Part shown: one piece after another, positions 53,709 to 62,149 of the stretch | How positions within the stretch are numbered: position 1 is the first letter of the stretch | Layout of the letters: the number at the start of each line of letters is the position of its first letter | Origin: an uncultured bacterium | Lineage (GTDB): Bacteria; Verrucomicrobiota; Kiritimatiellia; UBA8416; CAMZLY01 | Direction: 5' to 3' | Length of the DNA: 64,000 nucleotides | Assembly: GCA_947311825.1 (NCBI GenBank) | Contig: CAMZLY010000041.1 | Span: 2,184-66,183, forward strand | Position numbers and translations under genes: made by a program | Notes under the pieces: generated by a model | Databases searched by the model: none | Told to the model about the DNA's origin: nothing | What the model saw: only the letters and a program-made list of their open reading frames with translations

Positions 53709-54337
53709 TGGGACGATACACTGGACCAGCATGTAAAAGATGTCGACGCGAAGGCATGCGCCTATTTTTGAAGGGTGCACGTTGTAGCATGTCTAAATGC
53801 CCAATTGAGACCGGTCGTCCGGCTCCGGGTATGCACGGGCAGAGACGTGGTAGAAAAATGTCTGATTATGGTATTCAGTTGCGTGAAAAGCAGCGTTTAC
53901 GTCGTCAGTATGGCCTGCAGGAAAAACAGTTTCATCTGTTTTTCGAACGGGTTTCACATCAACGCGGAGTTACCGGCGAATTGTTTTTGAAGGCACTTGA
54001 GTCACGATTAGACAATATTGTTTACCGTTTAGGATTTGCTCCGTCAAGGCGGGCTGCTAGGCAGTTTGTTACTCATGGTCATGTAACAGTTAATGGCAGT
54101 GTTGCTTCTATACCTTCTATGATTATTGATGCCGGTTCTATTATTGGTGTTAAAGAAAAGGCTTCTAGCAAGGCACAGGCTGCAGCATGTTTGGAAGCTG
54201 CCGAAGGACGAGAAATGCCGTCGTGGATGACGTTGGATGTGAAAACCATGAAGGGTGAATACGTTCGTGTTCCTACACGTGATGAGATTGCACCTAATGT
54301 GGATGAGCAGTTGGTTGTAGAATTATATTCTAAATAG
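53708..54337 (+). CDS. rpsD: 30S ribosomal protein S4 (zinc-binding type)
   Basis: Start at the ATG overlapping the rpsK stop (TAATG), giving [16 protein letters not shown]. The track begins at 53678. Confidence 0.93.
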   Translation: MGRYTGPACKRCRREGMRLFLKGARCSMSKCPIETGRPAPGMHGQRRGRKMSDYGIQLREKQRLRRQYGLQEKQFHLFFERVSHQRGVTGELFLKALESRLDNIVYRLGFAPSRRAARQFVTHGHVTVNGSVASIPSMIIDAGSIIGVKEKASSKAQAAACLEAAEGREMPSWMTLDVKTMKGEYVRVPTRDEIAPNVDEQLVVELYSK

Positions 54338-54399
54338 TATTCGTTGATAAGTAGGCGAAACTATTATTATTGTGAAACTTATAAAGTAGTGAGGCAACA

Positions 54400-55455
54400 A
54401 TGCCAATCAGACTGAATAGATTTGAAATGCCCAAACGGGTAATTAAAGATGAAGCAACGGAAACAGATACTTATGCAAAATATGTAGCTGAGCCATTTGA
54501 AATTGGGTATGCAAGGACTATTGGTAATTCATTGCGGAGAGTGCTATTATCTTCTATTGAAGGTGTAGCAATTGTTTCTGTAAGAATTAAAGGTGCGGAG
54601 CATGAATTCTGTGCTTTACCAGGTGTAGTTGAAGATGTAGCCGATATTATTATTAACCTTAAAAAGGTTTTACTTAAATCATATACCAGAGAACCTGGTA
54701 ATGTGACCATAAGTGCAAAGGGACCAGGTGTTTTAACTGCTGCTGCTATTGAAAGTAGTGATGGTTCTGTTGAAGTTGTTAATCCTGAACAGGTTATTGC
54801 AACTCTTGCAGATGATGGTGATATTGAAATGGAACTTGAGTTACAGATTGGTCGCGGTTTCCATCATGTTAATATTGATGAGATTAAAGATGATGAAATC
54901 GGACGTATAGCAATTGATGCATTATATTCACCTGTAACAAGAGTGAATTTTTCAACGTCAATGACTCGGGTTGGACAAAAGACTGATTATGATAAGCTAG
55001 AATTAGAGATTTGGACTGATGGTCGTGTATCTCCTGATAATGCTTTGACTGTAGCCGCAGCCATACAGAGACATCATATGGATGTATTTGTTGGGTATGA
55101 CTATGAAATTATTGAGTCCGATGAAATTGAAAATACTGTTGATACTGAGCGTGAAGATTTACGTGCTAAGTTGAAAATGAGTGTAAATGAAATTGAGTTA
55201 AGTGTTCGTGCAGCAAACTGTCTTAACAATGCAAATATTACCACTGTAGGTGAATTAGCTCAGAAAACTGAAGCTGATATGCTTAAATATCGTAACTTTG
55301 GTAAAAAATCATTGAATGAGATTAAAGATAAGCTGATTGACTTGGGATTAGGTCTTGGGTTAACATTTGACGCTGATTTATTGGCTCCAATTAATAATGC
55401 TCCAGCAGCTGAAACTGAGGTTGACGTTGAAGCTGAAGCTGAAGAAGGGGAATAG
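54400..55455 (+). CDS. rpoA: DNA-directed RNA polymerase subunit alpha
   Basis: 351 aa, N-terminal dimerisation domain plus CTD with an acidic tail. Confidence 0.96.
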   Translation: MPIRLNRFEMPKRVIKDEATETDTYAKYVAEPFEIGYARTIGNSLRRVLLSSIEGVAIVSVRIKGAEHEFCALPGVVEDVADIIINLKKVLLKSYTREPGNVTISAKGPGVLTAAAIESSDGSVEVVNPEQVIATLADDGDIEMELELQIGRGFHHVNIDEIKDDEIGRIAIDALYSPVTRVNFSTSMTRVGQKTDYDKLELEIWTDGRVSPDNALTVAAAIQRHHMDVFVGYDYEIIESDEIENTVDTEREDLRAKLKMSVNEIELSVRAANCLNNANITTVGELAQKTEADMLKYRNFGKKSLNEIKDKLIDLGLGLGLTFDADLLAPINNAPAAETEVDVEAEAEEGE

Positions 55456-55464
55456 AGGTATATT

Positions 55465-55854
55465 ATGCGCCATAAAAATGGAAATAAAAGGCTTGGTCGT
55501 TCCTCTTCGCATCATAAAGCGATGATGGGAGCACTTGTATGTGCCTTAATTAAAGATAAAAGAATTAAAACTACAGTCTCAAAGGCTAAATTAGCACGAA
55601 GCATGGCTGAAAAAATGGTTACGCTTGGGCGTTCTGGAACGCTGGCTGCTCGTCGTCAGGCTATTGCAAAATTACGTCGTGAAGATATTGTTGCAATTTT
55701 GTTTGACGAAATTGCACCTACATTTGAAGGTCGCAATGGTGGTTATACTCGTGTGATTAAACTTGGCCGTCGTTCAAGTGATGGTTCAGAGATGGCTATA
55801 CTCGAATGGGTCGAAAGTGCTGTAGTTGCTGATGAAGTGGTTGCACCTGCTTAA
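55465..55854 (+). CDS. rplQ: 50S ribosomal protein L17
   Basis: 129 aa. Confidence 0.95.
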   Translation: MRHKNGNKRLGRSSSHHKAMMGALVCALIKDKRIKTTVSKAKLARSMAEKMVTLGRSGTLAARRQAIAKLRREDIVAILFDEIAPTFEGRNGGYTRVIKLGRRSSDGSEMAILEWVESAVVADEVVAPA

Positions 55855-55879
55855 ACTTCAAAGCTATAACTATAAAATA

Positions 55880-55917
55880 AAAATGCCAGCTGTTGTTTCG
55901 ACAGTTGGCATTTTTTA
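55880..55917 (+). terminator. rho-independent terminator ending the ribosomal super-operon
   Basis: Hairpin atgccagctgt-tgtttcg-acagttggcat followed by TTTTTT. Confidence 0.7.
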
Positions 55918-56078
55918 TTGCAGTAATATTTAGGTTCAACCTAACACAGTTCACCTAACACATTCATAAAAACGCAGATTATTCTTTTCGCACTTGAGTT
56001 TTTCCCTGTTTTTATGGCATAGTGTTCGTTTGAGCGTATATATTGTCTAATCGTATTACTAAAGAGATTAATTTATAA

Positions 56079-57911
56079 ATGAATATACTGGGAATAAGTG
56101 CTTTTTACCATGATTCTGCGGCGACATTAATTTGCGATGGCGAGATTATTGCAGCAGCACAGGAGGAGCGGTTTACACGCATAAAGCATGATCATAATTT
56201 TCCACTTAATGCAGTAAAGTACTGTTTAGCAGAGGGTGGTGTTGGTAAAACTGAGCTTGATGCGGTGGTTTTTTATGATAAGCCAATAACGAAGTTTGCC
56301 CGTATTATGGAAACATATTTTAGTGTTGCACCAAAGGGAATACGTTCTTTTATGATGGCTATGCCGTTATGGTTGCGTGAAAAACTATGGATTCCTATGG
56401 ATATAGAGAAATCTCTTCTTAAATGTGGTATTGATATGCCTAAAGAAATATATTTTCCTGAACATCATGAGTCACATGCGGCTAGTGCGTTTTTCCCCTC
56501 ACCATTTGAAAGTGCGGCAGTTCTTACTGTTGATGGAGTGGGCGAGTGGACCACTAGTAGTATTGCACATGGCAGAGGTAATAAACTTGAGATGCTTAGT
56601 GATATGCATTTCCCGCATTCTCTGGGGCTTCTTTATTCTGCTTTTACGTATTTTACAGGGTTTAGGGTTAATTCAGGGGAATACAAACTAATGGGGCTTG
56701 CACCGTATGGTGATCCGGTTTATGTGGATGTAATTAAAGATAAATTGCTTGATATACGTGATGATGGCTCCTTCCGTATGAATATGGATTACTTTGGTTA
56801 TCTTGATGGGCTGGTAATGACAAATAAGAAATTTGCCGATTTGTTTGGTGGTCCTGCTCGTGATGCTGAATCTGATGTTACTAAACGGGAAATGGATATT
56901 GCAAAGTCTATACAAGTAGTTACTGAAGAGATTGTTCTGTCTATGGCACGTTATGCCAAGGAAATAACAGGAGAGAATAATTTATGCCTAGCTGGTGGCG
57001 TAGCTCTTAATTGCGTGGCAAATGGTCGTATTTTGCAGGAGAAAATTTTTGACAATGTGTGGATTCAGCCAGCCGCAGGCGATGCAGGAGGTGCACTTGG
57101 TGCAGCATTAGCCATTTGGCATATAGTTAAAAATGGTCCACGCACGAGTGATAATATCAATGATAAAGTTTCTGGTTCCTACCTTGGTCCTGAATTTATG
57201 GCGGCCGATATAAAGGAATATTTAGATGAAAAAGGATATTCTTATGAGAAAATGCCGGTCGAGAACCGTGGTGCGATAATTGCAAAGATATTAGATGAAC
57301 AGAATGTGGTCGGACATTTTGCGGGGCGTATGGAGTTTGGGCCACGTGCACTGGGAAATCGCTCCATTATAGGAGATGCACGGTCTCCCAAAATGCAGTC
57401 TATTATGAATCTTAAAATAAAATATAGAGAATCTTTTCGTCCATTCGCTCCATCCTGTCTTGAAGAGTCGGTATCAGATTTTTTTGAACTTGATGAGCCT
57501 TCACCATATATGTTGTTGGTTGCTCCGGTCAAGAAATCACGATGCATCGAAAGCAAGGTTAAACGCGATGCCGCAGAAATGAAAGAATGGATAAACGAAG
57601 CTCGTTCTGATGTTCCTGCTATTACGCATGTAGATTATTCAGCACGTGTTCAGACGGTTTCTCCCAAGACAAATAAACTTTATTATGATATTATTAAGGC
57701 GTTTGAGGAACTTACAGGATTAGGTATTATTATTAATACCTCATTTAATGTCCGGGGCGAGCCTATTGTATGCACGCCGGAAGATGCATATCGTTGTTTT
57801 ATGCGTACTGAAATGGACTATTTGGTGTTGGGTGATTATTTGTTAGAAAAGACTAAGCAACCGGAATGGAAAGAAGAAGGCGATTGGCGTGGCGAGTTTG
57901 CGTTAGATTAG
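56079..57911 (+). CDS. NodU/CmcH-family carbamoyltransferase
   Basis: 610 aa with the conserved N-terminus MNILGISAFYHDSAA ... AAQEERFTR and a YrdC/Kae1-like fold pattern. Confidence 0.85.
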   Translation: MNILGISAFYHDSAATLICDGEIIAAAQEERFTRIKHDHNFPLNAVKYCLAEGGVGKTELDAVVFYDKPITKFARIMETYFSVAPKGIRSFMMAMPLWLREKLWIPMDIEKSLLKCGIDMPKEIYFPEHHESHAASAFFPSPFESAAVLTVDGVGEWTTSSIAHGRGNKLEMLSDMHFPHSLGLLYSAFTYFTGFRVNSGEYKLMGLAPYGDPVYVDVIKDKLLDIRDDGSFRMNMDYFGYLDGLVMTNKKFADLFGGPARDAESDVTKREMDIAKSIQVVTEEIVLSMARYAKEITGENNLCLAGGVALNCVANGRILQEKIFDNVWIQPAAGDAGGALGAALAIWHIVKNGPRTSDNINDKVSGSYLGPEFMAADIKEYLDEKGYSYEKMPVENRGAIIAKILDEQNVVGHFAGRMEFGPRALGNRSIIGDARSPKMQSIMNLKIKYRESFRPFAPSCLEESVSDFFELDEPSPYMLLVAPVKKSRCIESKVKRDAAEMKEWINEARSDVPAITHVDYSARVQTVSPKTNKLYYDIIKAFEELTGLGIIINTSFNVRGEPIVCTPEDAYRCFMRTEMDYLVLGDYLLEKTKQPEWKEEGDWRGEFALD

Positions 57912-57962
57912 ATTTGCGTATTAACCTGGCTACAATATGTTTACTTGTTATAGCATAAAGAG

Positions 57963-57991
57963 GTGCCCGCAGATAGTTTTGCAAGTGCCTC
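57963..57991. repeat. solo copy of the GTGCCCGCAGATAGTTTTGCAAGnGCCTC element
   Basis: 28/29 identical to the reverse complement of 10066-10093. Sits between the carbamoyltransferase and the DUF5989 gene. Confidence 0.5.
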
Positions 57992-58005
57992 TAAAGGAAT
58001 TAGAT

Positions 58006-58170
58006 ATGATATTTTTTAAACATTTAGGAAATTTACTGAAAGAGTTTGCTGGCTTTGCGTGGAAAAATAAAGTCTGGTGGATAGTCCCTATGGTTTTGGT
58101 TTTACTGCTTTTAGCGTTGTTGATTGTTACCGGTCAGACGGCCGCACCATTTATTTACACGCTATTTTAG
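58006..58170 (+). CDS. DUF5989-family small membrane protein
   Basis: 54 aa from the internal ATG: MIFFKHLGNLLKEFAGFAWKNKVWWIVPMVLVLLLLALLIVTGQTAAPFIYTLF. The APFIYTLF C-terminus and KxWW-TM layout are typical of the small protein paired with carbamoyltransferases. Confidence 0.7.
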   Translation: MIFFKHLGNLLKEFAGFAWKNKVWWIVPMVLVLLLLALLIVTGQTAAPFIYTLF

Positions 58171-58215
58171 AATTCTTTTTCTGAAGTAATAAAGATGTAG
58201 TGTCAACTCAAGATT

Positions 58216-58698
58216 ATGGATGGGAATGTAATGGATATTGAAAAACAAAAACAGGTAATGGATATAGTATGGCCTTGGAAAAAGGCTAAAGAGTCTACGT
58301 TGATTGCCTATGTTCGCCCTGAGTTAAAGAAACTTTTGCTTGAATTACTGATTCCTGTTTCTATAGGATTGATATTATGGTTTGTATTTAAGGAAAAGAA
58401 GACGTTAGCAGTAGTAGTATTTGCTATATCGGCATACTTGTTTCTTACCGGACTTTTTGTGCCGTCGTTTCATTACGCATTTAAAAGATTCTTCCAAAAA
58501 TTTGCGGCAGGCGTGGGGGTGATTCTAACCTGGGTATTGTTGCTTCCTTTTTTCTATATATTTTTTACTGTTGGTCGTATATCACAATTGATTCTCCGCA
58601 AAGATCCGATGAAACGGGCATGTCCAACTACAGCTGATACCTACTGGATAAAACATTCGGCAACGGGTGATGTGGCGTCATATTCCCGTCAGTATTAA
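58216..58698 (+). CDS. SxtJ-like membrane protein
   Basis: 160 aa with two TM pairs and a conserved C-terminal ...YWIKH segment; the usual partner of the carbamoyltransferase/DUF5989 pair. Confidence 0.6.
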   Translation: MDGNVMDIEKQKQVMDIVWPWKKAKESTLIAYVRPELKKLLLELLIPVSIGLILWFVFKEKKTLAVVVFAISAYLFLTGLFVPSFHYAFKRFFQKFAAGVGVILTWVLLLPFFYIFFTVGRISQLILRKDPMKRACPTTADTYWIKHSATGDVASYSRQY

Positions 58699-58925
58699 TT
58701 GATTTGATAAATTAGCATGTCTGGTCTGTTGGCATCAGAACAGCCGGAGCAAGATGATTTACACGATGCACATTTAAGGTCGACTATCCGGACGATACCC
58801 TTGTTCACTAGAATATCCAATGCTGGCTCGATTGCCGTCGGCTCCATTTTAAAGTGAATGGATAATTCTCTTAGTGACATCGAGTTACGTTCATTAATAA
58901 GGTTTTTTATTTCTGTTATAAGCAT
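58695..58925 (-). CDS. feoC: FeoC-like winged-helix protein with a C-terminal Cys cluster
   Basis: 76 aa with an N-terminal wHTH and CASCKSSCSGC cluster; lies downstream of feoB. Confidence 0.6.
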   Translation of the reverse strand: MLITEIKNLINERNSMSLRELSIHFKMEPTAIEPALDILVNKGIVRIVDLKCASCKSSCSGCSDANRPDMLIYQIN

Positions 58926-58989
58926 CTTTAACCTTTCTGCTTGTTAGCATGGACTACAGTTTGATTTATGAGCCCCAAAGCCTTTTTAT

Positions 58990-61242
58990 CTAGCCTCTAA
59001 TATTTTTAGCTTTCATCTTTAGTCCGGTATAAAATAGTAGAAGCACTGTTATACATCCCAGCAACCATCCGGCAGAGGATCCTGGGTGGTTAAGGAATGT
59101 CCCGCCTTGATACACCATTGTGGCGACGATCCATGCAAGACCAGTGAGATATATCACTGAGAAAGTGGCCCACTTAATGTTGGTTTCTTTGTAAATTGCT
59201 GTTATGGCGGCTAAGCATGGTGAGTAGATCAAGATAAATATTAAGTAGGCAAGTGCACCGATCTGCCCGTTAAAGAATTTGCTGATACTTGTAAATGTCT
59301 GTTTTGTTGTTGCTACAGTTGTGGCATCGACATTATTTTCTTTTGACCAGCCGAATTCTGTTGGAATAACTGCAAATGCATCGGTTATTCCCGCCCAGAA
59401 ATTAAAAGGCACTATTTTTTCTGTAGTTGTGTCGTCTTGCCTATCAAGGGTTGCATATAAAGTGTCAAGTGTTCCCACAATAGCTTCTTTTGCAAATATA
59501 CCACTAAATAGTCCGACGGTTGCTGGCCAATTGTCTTTAGTTATGCCCATGGGATATAGTGCAGGAGTAATGGCCTTGCCGCTTGCTGCTAGTAGCGATT
59601 TGTCAGAATTATCGTTACCGAAGCTACCGTCAGTACCGATGGATGTAAATAGAGATAGTACAATGACCATTAGTAAAATCACTCTACCTGCTCGTACAAT
59701 GAAGTCACTTAGTCTTTTCCAAGTGTGGAACATAATACCTCTAAATGTAGGAAGATGGTAAGGAGGCAGTTCCATTACAAATGTAGCCGGTTCGCCTTGC
59801 AGGATAGTGCTCTTGAATAATAAGCCAGTAGCAATGGCAAGTAGAATGCCGCCAAAGTATAGGCTGAATATAACAATGCCACCATGGGTAGGGAAGAATA
59901 TTGCAACAAAAAGAGTATAAACCGGCAGACGTGCACTACATGACATAAATGGGTTGATTAGTATTGTCATTATCCGGTCTCTGTTGTTTTCGAGAGTACG
60001 CGTAGCGAGAATAGCCGGAACATTGCAGCCAAATCCTACAAGCATGGGTATAAATGCTTTGCCGGGTAGTCCGATAGTTCGCAGAGACCTATCCATAACA
60101 AAAGCGGCACGTGCCATATAGCCGGAATCTTCAAGAATCGAAAGGCAGAAAAATATCAGAAATATGGGGGGGATAAATGTTGATACCGTCTGAATGCCAC
60201 CACCAATACCATTTGCTAAAAATACGATGAGCCAGTCGGGCGTATTAAAAATGCCAAGAAGTGCGGCAAAGCCGTCAACGAAAATAGTTTCACATAAATC
60301 GTTGAAGAATGTTATAAATGGTGAGCCTGCATTAATTGTTACAGCAAATACAAGGTACATAATTGCAAGAAAAATGGGGATTCCAAGAATTCTATTAAGC
60401 ATTATTTTGTCTAGCTTATCGGATATAGTTTGCCTTATCTGATTGTTACGTTTAACCACATCACGGGCAAGTCCATGGATAAATCCATATCTTCCATCAG
60501 CAACGACTATGTCCATATCCTCGCCAGTATGTTTTTCTACACGCTTTATTTCTATCTCAAGAAATTTTAATATTGCATTATCAGTTACAAATTTTAGTGC
60601 AATCTCATCTTTCTCGATTAGTTTAATCGATAACCAACGAGCATCAACATTATTCTCTTTTGCTGTTTTTGATACTTTTTCCGAGATGATGGTAATACCT
60701 TTTTCTAGCTCGGAGTCATAAAGGATATTTGTTTTAGGGATTGTTTTATGTTCGGCAACCTCTATGATGGCATCACGGAGTTCTTGGATACCTTTTCCTT
60801 TACTGGCGACAACTGGTATTACCGGACAATTAAGATGTCTGGAGAGATGTTCTACCTCAATTTTTATTCGGCGGCGATTTGCTAAGTCCATCATATTGAG
60901 AACCACGACCATTGGAACTTTTATTTCCAGAAGCTGGGTTGTCAGGAAAAGGTTACGTTCAAGGTTAGTTGCATCAAGTACATTGATAACAAGATCTGGG
61001 TGGTCGTTTAAAATATGTTCACGTGCTATTGTTTCATCAATCGAGTAGGCAGAGAAAGAGTAGATTCCCGGTAGATCGGTTACATTAACTTTGTTATGCT
61101 GATGCTTGTATGAACCGTCAAGACGCTCCACAGTAACGCCTGGCCAGTTACCGACATGCTGGTGTGAGCCGGTCAAAGCGTTAAATAGTGTTGTTTTGCC
61201 GGAATTTGGGTTTCCGGCTATAGCTACTTTAATCTGCTTCAT
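58990..61242 (-). CDS. feoB: ferrous iron transporter FeoB
   Basis: N-terminal G domain GNPNSGKTT, DLPG, and a C-terminal polytopic membrane domain; 750 aa. Confidence 0.95.
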   Translation of the reverse strand: MKQIKVAIAGNPNSGKTTLFNALTGSHQHVGNWPGVTVERLDGSYKHQHNKVNVTDLPGIYSFSAYSIDETIAREHILNDHPDLVINVLDATNLERNLFLTTQLLEIKVPMVVVLNMMDLANRRRIKIEVEHLSRHLNCPVIPVVASKGKGIQELRDAIIEVAEHKTIPKTNILYDSELEKGITIISEKVSKTAKENNVDARWLSIKLIEKDEIALKFVTDNAILKFLEIEIKRVEKHTGEDMDIVVADGRYGFIHGLARDVVKRNNQIRQTISDKLDKIMLNRILGIPIFLAIMYLVFAVTINAGSPFITFFNDLCETIFVDGFAALLGIFNTPDWLIVFLANGIGGGIQTVSTFIPPIFLIFFCLSILEDSGYMARAAFVMDRSLRTIGLPGKAFIPMLVGFGCNVPAILATRTLENNRDRIMTILINPFMSCSARLPVYTLFVAIFFPTHGGIVIFSLYFGGILLAIATGLLFKSTILQGEPATFVMELPPYHLPTFRGIMFHTWKRLSDFIVRAGRVILLMVIVLSLFTSIGTDGSFGNDNSDKSLLAASGKAITPALYPMGITKDNWPATVGLFSGIFAKEAIVGTLDTLYATLDRQDDTTTEKIVPFNFWAGITDAFAVIPTEFGWSKENNVDATTVATTKQTFTSISKFFNGQIGALAYLIFILIYSPCLAAITAIYKETNIKWATFSVIYLTGLAWIVATMVYQGGTFLNHPGSSAGWLLGCITVLLLFYTGLKMKAKNIRG

Positions 61243-61266
61243 AATTCAAAAAACTTTCAATTAATT

Positions 61267-61313
61267 GAGGTCCTTGCAAAAGTTGCCTCGTAAAGTAGTT
61301 TTGCAAGCACCTC
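61267..61313. repeat. collapsed inverted pair of the TTTTGCAAG-family repeat (gaggtccttgcaaaag ... agttttgcaagcacctc) forming a 15 bp hairpin in the feoA-feoB spacer
   Basis: Arms are complementary with 1 mismatch, separated by 14 nt. Confidence 0.45.
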
Positions 61314-61334
61314 TAGTATTTATAATACCAGCAC

Positions 61335-61565
61335 CTATTTTATTAACTCTAGCTGCATTGTTTCTGCCTCATCTTTTCTTAGCGTGAGGCTGAATCCTCG
61401 TAATTTGATCTCTACCGGGTCACCCATTGGTGCTTTTCTTGTCAAAGTGAATTCTTCCCCTTTAATTAATCCCATGGAGAGAAGTTTATGCCGGTAGGCC
61501 TTATCGGACTTTTCGTAACCTATTACTTTTACTGTTTGTCCTACATTAATTTCTGTGATATTCAT
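61335..61565 (-). CDS. feoA: ferrous iron transport protein FeoA
   Basis: 76 aa, SH3-like FeoA domain. Confidence 0.85.
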   Translation of the reverse strand: MNITEINVGQTVKVIGYEKSDKAYRHKLLSMGLIKGEEFTLTRKAPMGDPVEIKLRGFSLTLRKDEAETMQLELIK

Positions 61566-61570
61566 TTTTA

Positions 61571-62011
61571 TTATTCCGTTGTTTTATAAGCAAAGCCAAT
61601 ACCCTCAATCCATTCAGTAGTGGGGTTTTTCTCCTTGAAATCAATATATTTAATAAAACGTTCAAGAACTTCGTCTGGTATGGCGTGCTCTATTTTGCAG
61701 GCACATTCGTCGGATGTTTTATCATCAATATTCAGGATTTTAGTGAAAAAATGGGTTAAAACTTTATGTTTGTGAGCAATTTTAGTAGCGAGCCTTTTGC
61801 CGTCCGGTGTTAATGTTACTATATCGTAAGGTTTATGATTGATTAGTTTACGGTTTTTAAGCAAGTGTAGGGCGGCAGTTGTTGAAGAATTGGCGACATT
61901 AAGATGTGCTGCAACATCGGTAGGGCGTGCGGCACCTTTTTCTGCTGAAATTAAATATATAGCTTCCAGATAATCTTCTAAGCTGGAACTGATTTTCTTT
62001 CTTTTTGCCAT
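61571..62011 (-). CDS. DtxR/MntR-family metal-dependent transcriptional repressor
   Basis: SSLEDYLEAIY N-terminal wHTH signature and metal-site residues; 146 aa (no SH3 domain). Confidence 0.85.
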   Translation of the reverse strand: MAKRKKISSSLEDYLEAIYLISAEKGAARPTDVAAHLNVANSSTTAALHLLKNRKLINHKPYDIVTLTPDGKRLATKIAHKHKVLTHFFTKILNIDDKTSDECACKIEHAIPDEVLERFIKYIDFKEKNPTTEWIEGIGFAYKTTE

Positions 62012-62045
62012 TGCCGCTTCTCCTGATTCAGTTAAACAGGCGATA

Positions 62046-62061
62046 TTTAGACGTAACTAAA
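62046..62061. promoter_or_regulatory. candidate operator: imperfect palindrome TTTAG-N6-CTAAA about 35 bp upstream of the DtxR-family gene
   Basis: tttagacgtaactaaa. The outer 5 bp arms are perfectly palindromic; the TTAG half-site is reminiscent of DtxR/MntR boxes. Confidence 0.3.
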
Positions 62062-62149
62062 CTTTTAAGTCAAGGCTAAAAGTAAAGCTTTCGAGGAGTT
62101 TTTGCCGCAAATACACAAATGAACACGAATATTGCTCTACAGTGCATCT

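Noticed and set aside
62012-62149. Classical DtxR box (TTAGGTTAGCCTAACCTAA)
   Set aside because: No close match was found. Only the looser TTTAG-N6-CTAAA dyad is present, and it is reported with low confidence.
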